64,000 nt of DNA from Psilocybe cubensis (Eukaryota). Below, piece by piece: positions 23,321 to 36,293 of this stretch. Positions within the stretch are counted from its first letter, which is position 1. Each line of letters opens with the position of its first letter. The notes beneath the pieces are model-generated. The model was not told the origin of the DNA, made no database searches, and saw only the letters and a program-made list of their open reading frames with translations. A program made the translations under genes and the position numbers. The stretch spans positions 744,001-808,000 of the forward strand of contig CM039008.1 in the NCBI GenBank assembly GCA_017499595.2, read 5' to 3'.

Positions 23321-26300
23321 AGCCCATTCCCATGCCCCATTTTTCCATTTTTCCATGCATCCGCATCGTTGTACTTTGCAACCTATTTTTGGTGCATTGC
23401 CCGTCCATACTCCGTGAGTCCATGTCCATATTCCGTGACTCCGTGAGTCTGGCCACTTTTTGGAAGAGGAAGATGGAGAATAAAGACGAGTAATGAAGAT
23501 GAGTGGGATGATTGGGAAGATGGAGAATGAGATTGGATTTGGACGTGGTGCATCGCATCGCATCGTAAGAACGGGAACGCGGATTCGAAAAGAGCACTTA
23601 AACACCCCTCCTCTGCCTCTGCCTCCTCTTCATCTGCCTCTTCATCCGCCTCTGCATTGAACCGTATTCCATTCCATTCCATGCCAATCATCTTCGTGCA
23701 TGTGCATAGCGTACACACCTAAACGCTAACTGACCTCGGCCGTCCAACGTTCCTCGACACTCGACGCTCGTTGACGTTCACCGGTCACGGTCACCACTCA
23801 CCTTCCGCTCTGCGCTGCGCTATTTTCGACTTCTCGAGTTCTCGAGTCCTTAGACACCCCGACTTGCCACTGGGCATCGCCGACCATTCAGGCCTCAGGA
23901 GTCGGTTACTGCATCTATCTGGCTCACGACTTCCACTACAGTCTACAGTACACATTGCACATTGCACACCTTTGTCAAAGATATGTAGACTCCATGTCGG
24001 ATGGGATGGCCGCGCACGGCGCACGGTACACGGCGCGGCCTTTTCGCTTCTGTACTAGCCTCCTCCTCCAGCTTTCATCCGACCGTATGTACTAAAAATC
24101 TGAAATCTGAATGGCAACGCGACGCTTATGTTTAGCGCCTAGCGCGTCGCATATTACAATACAATATCAATATTTATATACATACGCACGTAACATAACT
24201 TGTATTGTAGCTTGTAACTTGCATTGTACAATTGTCCGGTTATGTAACATTGACAAACCATAAACTCACCACCACCATCATCCATCACGCATCAGTTACG
24301 CGTAAGTGTAACTGAACTAGAAGACATTTCAAGTAACGACGAGGGGCGGGAGTTGAGTCGGACTCCGGACCTACCGCCAGAATTTTAGGTTTTGGTTTTG
24401 GTTTGCACTTTCGGTCTTTGCTTTGAGTTTGGGTTTGAGTCTGATCATTGATGTCGCCGCTCGGTTCCGGATTTCCCGAGTCCTGACGCCTGGAGTTGGC
24501 TGTTGGCAAACTTCAAAGCGAATTATCGTCAAGGACTCAGTACTCAGTACCCAAGCCTTCAAGTTCAAGGGCGGCGGGGCAGGGCTATATTCGAATTTGG
24601 AAAGAGCGGTCGCGTCGATCATGTCCATCATCACCGCTCACGCTTACCCACCCACCCACACCCACACACCCACAACTCACCCACACATCCACCCATACCG
24701 ACCCACACCAAACCCACACCCACAGTTTTCACCTATACCAAACCCACACGCACTGCACACCAAACCCACACACACCACACTGCACTGCACTGCACACACC
24801 CACACACCCACACACTGGACGCACACACGATCCGCACGGCCAGCCGATCCAGGATGGCAATTGTCGATTCGCGATTCGCGATTGGAGATTGGAGATTGGC
24901 GACGGCCTATATCTATACTCGGACTTGTGTACGTTATGCCTTATTCCGGTGCGCACTGCACTGAACTCACTGGGTCACTGAACTCACTGAGTCACTGGTG
25001 CTAAAGCTCACGGTGCGGCACGCAATAAATAGTATTGTTACTTGTTACTTGTTACTTATTGCTTAAATCTTGATACATATCATACGTACCGGCTTGGATT
25101 TGGAGTTAGCTTTAGCTTTAGCTTTAAAATATATTGCAGTTCTAAAAATGGCTCACGTTAATTGTCGTGTAGTGTGTACACTGTATCAACTCTCAGGGTT
25201 CTCGAGTCTCGAGACTCAATTTTCGAGGCCTCAGGATCGGTTGATAATGTCGATTTACTGTCAGTGTCAGTGTCAGTGTCAGTGTTATTGTCAAGCGGTG
25301 GAGTATGTACGTATGTACGTATGTACGTATTAAACTAACCAAGTGTCCTTGTCGCTGGCAGTGGCCTTGGTGGGAAGCCCTTGCGCGTATGTATACAGTA
25401 ACTTATATGCACTTTACTCGATTAGCTTACTGGGGACTGGGGACGGTGAACTGGGGATGCATGGATTTGGCTGGCTCAATTGCAATTTGGAAATTGGACG
25501 TGAACTGTGAACAATACAATAATGAGAGAAACAATAAGAGAAACAGAAACGGCTGTATGTATACGCATACACTTGGCATTATATTATAATTTGAATCATA
25601 TTTATAGACGAAAGTCGAGCGTACGTATTGCTCATTGGCGGTAATGGCAATGGCAATGGTATGGACCTTTTGAGTACATGGCTTTCCGCTGTCCAGACAT
25701 AGTCAAGTATACTCTAATACTAATCTATATAATCCAGCCTCACGGTGTGCTAAAGCAAGTAAGCATCTATCTCCACCAGCATCGCACTGTTCCGAGTCGG
25801 AGTAGGGAGCATACTTACACGGAATACAGAATGGAATTGAGAAATGCAACATGCGGCATGCGGCACTAGCATGCCTTGAGGCTACACAGTAGCAAAGGGC
25901 CAAGCCAGGTTCAAGCCTTTGACGAGAAAAATTGGAAAGCTTGTCCCGCCGGAACGTCCGCTCCAGGTTGGGAGTCTCGGACTCCCCTCCTCCTCCTTCC
26001 CTGGATCGGTGCTTCCGAACTTGATTTTGCAGGTATTACGCAGAGCTCGTACCCCGGCCAATTATGATCCGTGATCCAAAATATGACGAAGTCAAAGTAA
26101 AAGTAAAAGTCGAAGAGCAACTCCATCCACGAATCCAGCCCATCCATGATCCAGGTGAGAGAAAGATTCCTGTATAGGTATAATGAACCTCCATAATTCT
26201 ATAAGCCCTTCTACATATGAGCCACATCGCGCACTGTGCAGATCTATAAAAGCCGGGCCTCGAGGATATTTGGCATGTTCTACGTATCACCATTTGTTCG

Positions 26301-28354
26301 TCCCGTCGTCGATTAATATCTGGATTCTGTAGGCATGTTTCCGTTTTCCCACTCTGAAATTGAATCACTCGACATTTCAACGACATCGAGTTATCGACAT
26401 CATAGCGCACGTTTAACGTAGAACGTTGAACCGTTGAAATTTGAACCCCAATGCCAGTACTAGTCTCCCACACCCACGCTGTCGCTGTCGCCTGTCTTGC
26501 TTATTACTGCAGTTCTCCCGGCGATGCGTCATACTGTGAATAATGTGACATGCTTGTCCTTTTCTCGACCGTAGGATGTTGTATTTGACTTCGCCTAAAT
26601 AAAATGTGAACGCTAGTGCAAATTTTTTTCAAAAGATATACACTGACAGTAAGCTCCAGCTTGGCATTTTCTTTACCTCTCGCGCAACGCGCATTGATTT
26701 CAAATTGGGATAATAGACAATAGCATTAGCTAGCTATACTTGTAGAGCATTGCTTTGGCGCTTTGGATCCGGACAATAGCAATAGCTGCTATTTAATGGC
26801 AGTAGGTAATAGCATTAGCAGACGGGGATTCGGATGTATGAGGGGATTGGTCGGGGATTGTTATCATTTCCATATTATACATCGTCACGGTCATTCCGCG
26901 TTCTGCCACTGCCTTGTACTCTAAGGAAAAACAGGAAAGAAAGAACTTCATCCATGGAATTAGAATAAAAGTGGAAGTGACCGTTTGTAGTACTAGTATC
27001 ATTATGATCCGGCTCTGAATCACAATGCATTAACGACTTAGTACTTAGATTTCATCTGGAGCCCTGCTACTGGCAACTTACAAATAGCCTCCCGTAGATT
27101 ATCGACGATCGTATTCGAGCCTCAATAAGTAGCCCTTTTACTTTAATTTTCATTTACAAGCAAAGCTGTCTGGACAGCCTGAGCGGCGTGTATGCAGACC
27201 AGGTAACTCGCCTCGTAATACTTACAAGTATATACGAATGCGCACTGCGCTTTTCATTTCGATTTTTCATCTAACTTTAAATAAGTAACCCCCCCACCGG
27301 TTCTGCGCCGTTCCTTTCTGCCTTCCCTTTCATTTTTACTTTCAACTTCCCTTCCAAATCCATTTACGCGCTCGCCTAGCACCTATCTTCGTCTTTGTTC
27401 TCGTCCTCATTCTCGGCGCCACATACTCCACCTTCTTATTGCTCACCTTCGATACCCCCACCAACCTCCTCGAAATGGCATGTAAATCATCAACAGCATG
27501 CCCAATATCAGCTCTCTCGAGCTATATATACTTCCCTTCTCCATATACCAGTGTCTGTCTATTCATACTACAGCACGATTGAGCGCGCTTTAAATAGACT
27601 GATAGGTTTCCTCGGGCAGGTGTTATTAATGTTAATATTAAGGGCATGGGTATTGTGCATGGGGGATGCTCGTCGACTCGTCGAGGGTGCTTGAAGGCTT
27701 TATTAAGGGTAGGTGGTTACGGATTACCCGGCGGTTACGTCATGCAATTGTGCTGCTGCGTTGATGGAGGTTGTTCAGCATCAGAGTGAGACGAGGCGAG
27801 GAGGGAAGGCCAGGTTAGATTACATAGATTAAACTGCGCGGCGGACTGAGAGTTTGGACGATTGCATTTTGGGATTCAAAGAGTCGGGAGTACCTGGCAC
27901 CCTAAGTTGTTCCGTGGCGTAACGTACGGTAAAGGGTTGCCTCCAAACCAAAGAAGGAGTATCGACTTATGGGGAGACCGTGATAGAGATAAAGGTTAAG
28001 GGTGTCCTTACTGGGCAACAAACGTAAAAAGGCAACTCACACAAAAATTTAATACGTAGCAGGGGTTCTTCCCTCGATCAGCGCCAAGCCCGTGCCCGAT
28101 AACCTGGCAGTGGCACAACTGGAAAGGCTATAGAGTATCACATTCTACACTGCATGTGGGGCTGTCAGAATCAGAGATGTGAAAGATGTGCCAGCCGACC
28201 TATACTTAGATTCTGAGCAGCAGTTTTGAAAAATCGAGAATGTAAGCTTAGGCGCTTAATATTCAACGTTTAGCTTGGACCTTGTGGCACCAGCAGAGCA
28301 TTTCAGGTAATCCGATTACCATTGCAGGAAGTACGTGCTTAGCACAGCTCTAAG

Positions 28355-29034
28355 CCTCTAGTCACGTCTAGTGTCCCTCCCGGGGTGGCGCCCGCTCTTC
28401 ACCGGTACGATAGTACGATCATTATGCTTGCACCGCGAAAACCAAAAAGGTTTAAAGCGCCAGAGTCTCCATGCCACTGTCGCGAGTTCGTTACAGCAAA
28501 GTGACTGGATTATATTTATAATGATGCGCTAGCACTATTCGGAGTGTCGTTCGAGAATCGAGGAGGATTTTGATTGTCGAGTTTGCGAGTTTGCGTTTAC
28601 ATTTGTACTGTCGATCGTTAGCACCTCGTTAGAATAGCAGTTGCCAGTTACCCGTGTTTCGCGGGTTGTGTGCCGTGGGACAGAACATGAAACTCTTGAA
28701 AGTGGTTACAGTACACATACAATGTCCCAAAGTCGGTTTTACAAACGTGATCATTCCGACTGCTAGCGGTAACCTGCCATGATTTACGCAAGCAATATCT
28801 CGCTCTGGCTCTGGTCGACTTGATCGATCATCTCAATATCGTGAGTACATCTGAGTGTGCGGAGGCGGCGAAGTGAGGAGAGTGTCGAGTCACTGAGGTT
28901 GAGGTTGAGGTTAGGAGTCCTGACCTGATGAAAATCGAAGCGTCACTAGAAGCGGAGTTGGGACAATTTAGCGGAGTCTTAAGAGTCAGACCAACACGGT
29001 AACGTGACTCATGTAGTATGTTAGGGGTCGCGTC
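28355..29034 (-). repeat. Degenerate non-coding repeat, copy B (inverted relative to copy A)
   Basis: Reverse complement from 29034 reads GACGCGACCCCTAA..TGAGTCACGTTACCGTGTT..ACTCCGCTAAAT..CAACTCCGCTTC..GGACTCCTAACCTCAAC, and further on GCAGTCGGAATG. Confidence 0.7.
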
Positions 29035-29285
29035 TATGGCCAGGGCAAAATTGGACAATGAGCATAAATTGATTTTTGAATAAGGTTGCACATATAATTT
29101 GTGTATATTCTGAAGTTGTACTACTATGCAGAATGATTGGTAAATAACATAAGATAAATATAATGCCGCAATGCGTGGTAGTTCTAATAAATTCTATGGA
29201 ATGAGTGTCTTAAATAAATCTATGAAGGAGTGTTGTAGAAGTAATATGTTTATACAAAATGCGGCGTCTGAGTCTTCCCCCGGTG

Positions 29286-30957
29286 TCAGACGCTGCTTTT
29301 GGATGTAATTATTGGTGTGAATTTCTCAGCGCCGTCGCATTTCACAAGCTCGTCATGATCGTCGCGGTGAATCGTCCTCGTTATGTGGATGTCAGATCGC
29401 ATTTTACGATGGGCTGGAATGTGGTGAATGTGGTCATCGTCACGGTCCACGTGGGCGGTTTCTCTCATATGCAGAAGGACACGGCTGGCGAGCGTGGAGT
29501 GTAGAGCTCGGCCCATGCTATTTTATTAGGTTTTATGGTTATCAAGAGTCAAGTTATGTGGAGGATGATGAACTTACTTTGCAAGAGCGGAACGGGTAGC
29601 AGCCTGGATAATATTGAGGAAAAGTAAGTATCACGTAGAGTTGACAATACATTGGAGACAAACATCTAATGAGACAGTGAAGATGATGTTAAGAAGTGAA
29701 AATACTAGGGGTTTCGCATATCAGACCCAGGCCAAGAAATAATCACAAGTAGGTGCTTACCGAATAATGTGATGTAATAGATGACACCTAAATTCTTCTA
29801 TATCAGCATTAGCTGGTTTGTTGCTACCTGTATCGACGTACCATCGCGGAAAACCACGTTAGCAAGGCGCGAGTGGCCCATTAAACCGTTTCGATCTGAT
29901 AAAAGAACACGTTAAGGTGGGCTTCAACAACAAAATGGCTGTGAAACTGGTTCTTACATAATTGAATTCCAGGAATGAGGACGAATATGAGAGATACTAA
30001 AATATATAATCGTTTGTAAGGAAATGGTAGAAAATGCCCCATACACGAGAAACATACCGGTGTCATAAGCCAGAAGCCCGGCCCAAACGTATTCGAGATG
30101 AATCTTATCCGCGTTAATGGTAAGGCAGCCCTTGAAACCAGGAAAGGGAGGATCAGAGTCTTAAGACGATCGTCAGCCTGAGGGCCAATCTAAAAAGCTC
30201 CAACTTGTAAACTCACATTTGGCATTTTGGATTGCATAGATCATCGCAACGGTAGATGGAACCCAGATGAACACTACAATCATTGGATAGACGACATAAA
30301 ACCGCGGATCTTTTTTCCATACTGCCCAGATACGCAGGCTGCATAGTGCTGGAGGATCCGTGAGGGGTCACTATATCTCGAGAGAGGGGAAATGTTTGGA
30401 GTTGTCACGTACTTTCAGACGCAATGATACCGACCATGTACGATACTTGGTAGATGGTAATTGTCAGCCACTCGAACTTCAGTCAAGTGAACGTTGTACT
30501 TGCCTGCCATCTGAGTGAAAAGCCCTCCACATACCCCTGAAGACTGATTCACTCCAAATACAACTACATTCACTCAACGTAAAAGCACGAATAAGCACAC
30601 AGAAAAGCGATGTACTCACGACTGTATGAAGGGTAGAATATGTCATAGAAGGGCAGATACCTCTGGAAGAGGTAAACAGCTTTTATGATGTTCCAGTTGG
30701 ATTGCCACACAAGTTCCACTTCCATCCCCATCGTGATGAGCCAGTCATACAAAAAGAAGGCGCCTCCAGCAACTGACATTATACCCACGTTATGAGCACC
30801 ATAAAGGAGTGTCCTGGAAAACGATGACTTACTTTGGGCATACTAGAAAGCAATGGAACAGTTGGCGTAAGCGCGAACAGAATGAACGAAGGATCCTCAC
30901 CCTGACGGTATTCAACCCTTTAACGATCTGTGCCAGAACCGCAATGGGGAGTGACAT
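29286..30957 (-). CDS. DUF6533 membrane protein (many small exons)
   Basis: MSLPIAVLAQIVKGLNTVR, FFLYDWLITMGMEVELVW..YLFQRYLPFYD, LRIWAVW, VFRDGV, MGRALHSTLASRVLLHMRE. Confidence 0.85.
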
Positions 30958-32211
30958 CTGCCTTGCCGTTGAAGCTTGGACCTTGAGGAATGGCTTTGGG
31001 GTGTTAAGTATGAAGCTGGGTCAAGCAGAGGGGCTGAACGCATTATTTCGAAAAGATGGAAGATTCAAGAAGATCAGGTACCTTCGCCCCCCTCCCGAAA
31101 CGGTTCCAAACCGCCGGTAGAGCTCGCTAACGTGGCTCTCTGATCCAAGAGTAAAATTAAAAGGGAGCAAAAGCTAACCGGAACCACTCAATTAATTGAC
31201 GTGCGATCAGTCTCGATCATGTATGTGTGTGTTATCATTGATCAAAAGAGGTTGTGCCCTGCCAATACATAGCACACAGAATGGGCAGACGGCTGCTTTG
31301 TATTCACTATTCAGTTTACGAACGAATTTCCACTAAATCGTATCTTTCAAAACAATCAACGGTTAAGATAGCCCACAATGGTTTTTAGCTGCATCCTCTC
31401 AAACATCTCGCAATAACCAGTGTTTATTCTAGCATATTCAGCGCGGACGTCGGATTCAAGTCGGATTGGCATCATAGCTTGACATATTCATTACTCTCCT
31501 ATCAGTTAAAATCTGTTCAAATTCGTTAATGGCAATCAAAGATAACTGGACTTACTTTTCGGCGATCTATATTCCGCTTGGCCATTGCAACAGCAACAAC
31601 GACTTTTAGAAAAAGTGTAATAGGAAACCAAAACAGGCACAAGTACGATTCTACTAGTACACTGTACACGTACGACTGAGCGCCGAGCGGGAGAGAGAGT
31701 TGGGATGATGATGATGTTATCTCAAGAGATACTGTAACACCTACCTACCTATGAAGACGTGTGGTATCGATTATCCTCCCACTTTTATGGATCCATGTAT
31801 GTACGCAAACTCGCGTGCACGCCACTCCATGTGGCAAGCTAGGCTCGAGAATCGAGACGACTTGGAGACGGACGACTTTGCAATGCAATGCAATGTCAGA
31901 CAAATCTAAAAATAAATGAGAAACGATAATGATATCGTTGGAAATTCCGGAGATTGTCCGTCTGAATCGATGACGCCATTCCTTTTTTTTTTCTGGCCCC
32001 TGTTCATTATCGAAGGTTACTAGTAGTTTACTCCTTTCCAAATTCCACTGAGAAATTGTGAAGAAAAATACACAGTGGCACTCTTTTGATGTAATAAATG
32101 ACTGTGCGCTGTACCACAGTGTCGTTGTAGTCTGGAAACCGTGTAATATTTCAACTTTTATTTTCGATACAGAAAGCAGGGTAATACAGAGGAGAAACCA
32201 TTTACTTCGAT

Positions 32212-34364
32212 TTAGGTATCGGAAGTCTGACCTAAACCTATGATAGCTTCTACAAGTGACGGCACCCCATCATAGAAATCGAGTACTGTCACAAGAACAC
32301 CAGAAAAAAAGAAAGCATTACCGAGAGCCAGGGAGAGTTATAAACACGGTCACGTACACACGATACCGAATCTCCTGCCTTGATGCTCGTGTAACCAAGA
32401 TAGGAGGCGTTGGTTCACACCCGCCGTATCCTTCCCATCTCCAAGCGCATACACCTAGCATTCCAGCCACATTAACGTGAACAGAAAGAAAAAAAAAAAC
32501 GGAAAAATACGGAAAAAAGGTAGTAGTAGCTGAGCTGACCTGGGGTGTAAGAGAAGGCTCTTCGGCGCGAAACGACGCGCTCGCGAAGCTGATGTATAGC
32601 TGGTCCGGGTGCAGCGCGGGATCGATCGCGCGTTCGAGGTGCGCTAGGACTGTGTGCAGTTTATCGGTGATGCAGGACGAAGGGTGTGAATCGCTCGACG
32701 GGTCGATTTTGTAGTAGTCCTGTTACGTTAGGTATTTAGGGAGCAGGTCCGCAGGAAGGTGGGTTGGGATGTGGAATGAGGGATGTGGGATGGGATGAGG
32801 CAGAGGGATGAAGAATGTTAATGAGGAGTGATGAAAGGCATACGACCGTCACCGTCGTGTTTTTTTTATATTTTTTGGCGGTTTATAAGACGTACCTGGA
32901 TATAAGCGACTTTGCCAGCACCATACTCAAGCGCGGTGTTCTTCCCATTCACGATCCAATGGCCCGGATCGAGGTGGATCCCAATGCGCTCCGTCATATG
33001 CTCAGGAAGGAGCGTAAAGTCGAAGCGCTGTATCAGGATAAGCTTCCCGCGCGCCTCGCCTAGAGTCCCGAGCTGATTAATTATCGTTATTAAAGAACTT
33101 TGAGCGGCGAGAGCTTAGCGCTTGGTGCGCCAGATATCAGACGTCAGACGTTAGACATACGTACGTACCGACCCGTTAGATCGCACCCAATACCGCCTCG
33201 CAAGCCCACCCATCAAAATATCGTACAACGCCTCTTGCAGCCGGGCGTCGTCGGACCAGCTGATTGTGCCGGTGATGGTGCCGGGCTCGTAGTTCATCGA
33301 GACGAGGATGGTTTCGGTGCGATGGAGGTCGAGCCATGTGTATAGCCCGAAGAGGACGTCTTGGAGTTGGGTTGTTGGGCTTAGGAGGGCTTTTGCTGGG
33401 TGTGGGTGTAGTTATAGTCGTAGTATAAGGCCGAGGGCGAGGACGAGGACGAGGACAATGGACGAAGAGGAGGATGGGGGTGAGTGAAGTCACAGGCTGG
33501 ATTTAACTCTTCTTTTCATAGAAAATACTTGGGATGACATACAGTGATAAAACCCTATAGACTCCAAATCCGGATTCCACGCGTAGCGCAGGTCTAAAAC
33601 GCGGATGCCGTCGTTGAGCATGCGGAAGATTGAGCGGTGTTGGCATCTGTATATTTTCGAGTCGGGGATTCTGGGGGCCGAGGTATAAAGGTACACCACG
33701 CAATATCATAGATCATGAATCATGTCAGAATTGAGCTTGAACTTGAACTCGGATTCGATGAGATTGAGGGACTGACGGGCCTGTGTATCGCTTCAGCGAT
33801 TCCTGGACTTCGGGTGTATAGTTCCCTATGAGTTGTAACAGACACATAATCAATCCATGTTGTATACCTGATAACTTTCAGCGTTCAGAGGACGTACAGG
33901 TGCAGGTATCGTGTGTCCCAGGAAGATTCATCCGGACGATCGGTGTTTCGTCGGGGATGTGCGCCATCCAGTCGCTGAGGATGGGGCTGGGGCTGGGGCT
34001 GGGCTTATTGATATTGTCTTTATCTTCATTGCCCTTCACTGCGACGCCGCAATCGATATCGCTGTTGTTGCTGTTGTTGATGTTGTTGGTGTTAGTGTTG
34101 ATGTTGTTGATGTTGATGTTGATGTTATACAATTCGTTCAATGTGCCTATCAATTCACAATTCACAAGAGGGAGGTCCAAAAGGTTTAGGGCATTTGAAA
34201 TGGTCCACGGAATTTGTAGATTCAAGCCTTACGGACGTACCGAGGATAGGACCACCTCTTCGCAGAATCTCGGTGAGCGCTGCGGATTGGAGCGTTGTCG
34301 TTGTCATTGTTGTTGTGGTTATGGTTGTGGTTGTGGTTGTGGTTGGGGGGCGGGTTTCTGGCAT
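32212..34364 (-). CDS. PI-PLC X-domain-like phosphodiesterase, copy 1 (no evident signal peptide)
   Basis: DWMAHIPDETPIVRMNLPGTHDT, CQHRSIFRMLNDGIRVLDLRY, HPDQLYISFASA, GVNQRLLSWL, LDFYDGVPSLVEAIIG; stop at 32212-32214. Confidence 0.87.
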
Positions 34365-34605
34365 TGATAGGAGAAAGAGATTGACGTGACGCGACGCGCG
34401 CGGCCCGCGAGCTATTTATGGGTGATGATTATGTAAGGGTGTGGTGGATTGGTCCTGCGCATGCGCGCGAACTTTTGACTTTGACTTTCTGATTCATCTG
34501 TAGACCGTGCTACCGTCTACGTGAGTGCCATTGGTGCACGATAGCTATACCTTTGCGGACAAACTATATCGATAACGATAACGATAAACGATAAATCTAC
34601 CAACG
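34365..34605. promoter_or_regulatory. Putative compact bidirectional promoter between PI-PLC copy 1 and MED8
   Basis: 241-bp divergent spacer containing TGACGTGAC, GACGCGACGCGCG and TGCGCATGCGCG motifs. Confidence 0.45.
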
Positions 34606-35637
34606 ATGTCCAACCAACACCCACACCCACATCAACACCACGGAGACCCGTCCCCCACAACCATGTCTACAACCACGACTAAGATCACAACCACGACACC
34701 GACAACGACACCGACACTCCTCCCAACGCCCAAACTCCCCCTTCCACAACTCGAATCGTTGAAATTTAAAGCGAACCAGATTATCGAGTCGATTCATGCG
34801 TTGCAGTGGACGATCGGTGCGGGAGGGAGACAGGATGGGATGCCTGCGTGGCCGGATATATTGTCGAAGTATAATGTTTTGTTGGGGCAGACGCATAATT
34901 TTTCGACGGGGTTGCTGCAGCCTTTTCCGACCTCTTCTTCTTCCTCTTCGTCAAGCGGTGCGAACAAGACGGCGGGGACAGGAATGGGAGGGGGGACAGG
35001 ACCGCAGAATGTGTTTGAAAGGATTGCGCTGCATCCGAATAGGGCGATGACGGATTTGCAGTTGGATGGAGATGTGATTCCGCTGTTGAGGAATCAGCAG
35101 ACGACGGATGTGTTGAGGATGGAGAATGAGACTGTGAGGAGGCTCGCGGAGCATATGCAGACGAGGGGGTCGTTGGGGGTTTTGGGGATTTCGCCGCCTG
35201 CTGGGCCTGCAGCTGGACTTGGATTGGGAATGGGATTGGGAGTGGGGAAGAAGCCGGAGTATGAGGATGTGTTGGAGGAGTGTGGTGTTATTAAGAATGC
35301 ACATGATCGGAGGGTTGAGAGGGCGGTGAGGGCGGTGGATATGTTGAAGGAAAAGTTTGATTGGAAGCAGAGGGTTATGGTGGAGGTCGAGGAGCCGGAG
35401 GAGTTGGAGTGGGATCCGCGGTTGGTGGGTGTTGCTGTGCCGGAGGAGGAGGATGTGGGGATGAGTGAGGATGAAGAGGAGGAGGGGGAGGAGGCGGTGT
35501 TGAATAGCGAGGATGCGCCGCTTGGTGCGGGGAATAGCGATGAAGATGACGAGTTTAATGTTGAAGGCGCTCTGTTCAATACGTCCCCCAGTGCAGAGTT
35601 TGGTGTTGCCTCGTCGTTCAGTATGGACGCGACGTGA
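34606..35637 (+). CDS. MED8: Mediator of RNA polymerase II transcription subunit 8-like (single exon)
   Basis: LPQLESLKFKANQIIESI, MPAWPDILSKYNVLL, IALHP, IPLLRNQ and an acidic C-terminus match the fungal Med8 pattern. Confidence 0.8.
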   Translation: MSNQHPHPHQHHGDPSPTTMSTTTTKITTTTPTTTPTLLPTPKLPLPQLESLKFKANQIIESIHALQWTIGAGGRQDGMPAWPDILSKYNVLLGQTHNFSTGLLQPFPTSSSSSSSSGANKTAGTGMGGGTGPQNVFERIALHPNRAMTDLQLDGDVIPLLRNQQTTDVLRMENETVRRLAEHMQTRGSLGVLGISPPAGPAAGLGLGMGLGVGKKPEYEDVLEECGVIKNAHDRRVERAVRAVDMLKEKFDWKQRVMVEVEEPEELEWDPRLVGVAVPEEEDVGMSEDEEEEGEEAVLNSEDAPLGAGNSDEDDEFNVEGALFNTSPSAEFGVASSFSMDAT

Positions 35638-36293
35638 TGTGTATTTTGTATGTCTTGCTTGTTGATTTTTTATTACCCAGTCGTTCATTAATTCAGTCTC
35701 ATAATGGAAGGACTGGAATCCATGATTCAACTGAATAGGAGGTCAAGTCGATGTGGCGGTAAATAAAGTGGCGGGTGCTGCCAGCCTGCCGAGTTCACTG
35801 TCGATGGAGCGCGACAGCGGAGAATTCTGCGGACAGTCTGGACAGTGCAATTAGAACTTGCGAACGAAGGACGGCTTGAGCGCTGTCCTGGACCTACAGA
35901 GAATATGGGTCCCTGTTGTAGACAGATAGGGTCTGTTGTAGGTCCATATGGCATGCAATCCGCATAGTGTTGCTGCAGAGGCTTTGTGCGTATTCTTTTC
36001 TATATCGCTGCTTTCTTAATTCTTATCAAATTACTGTAGACCTTTGTCGTAGCAGTTTGCTTGCCCTGCGGCAGCAATAATGTGCGCGGCTCCATATTGG
36101 CTGCTGTCATCCCTCGACGCGACGTGATGCTTCTTTTTATGGCAACTCCATGTCCAAAAACAATCAAGACACCCGGATCACTTTATCCTCCTTCTCCACA
36201 AACCAAACTCTGCCAAACCAAGGTCCAGAAAAACATAAAAAGCCGCTCTCTCACTCTTTCTCTTTTCCACCGCATCCCACCCGCTCCTTCTCG

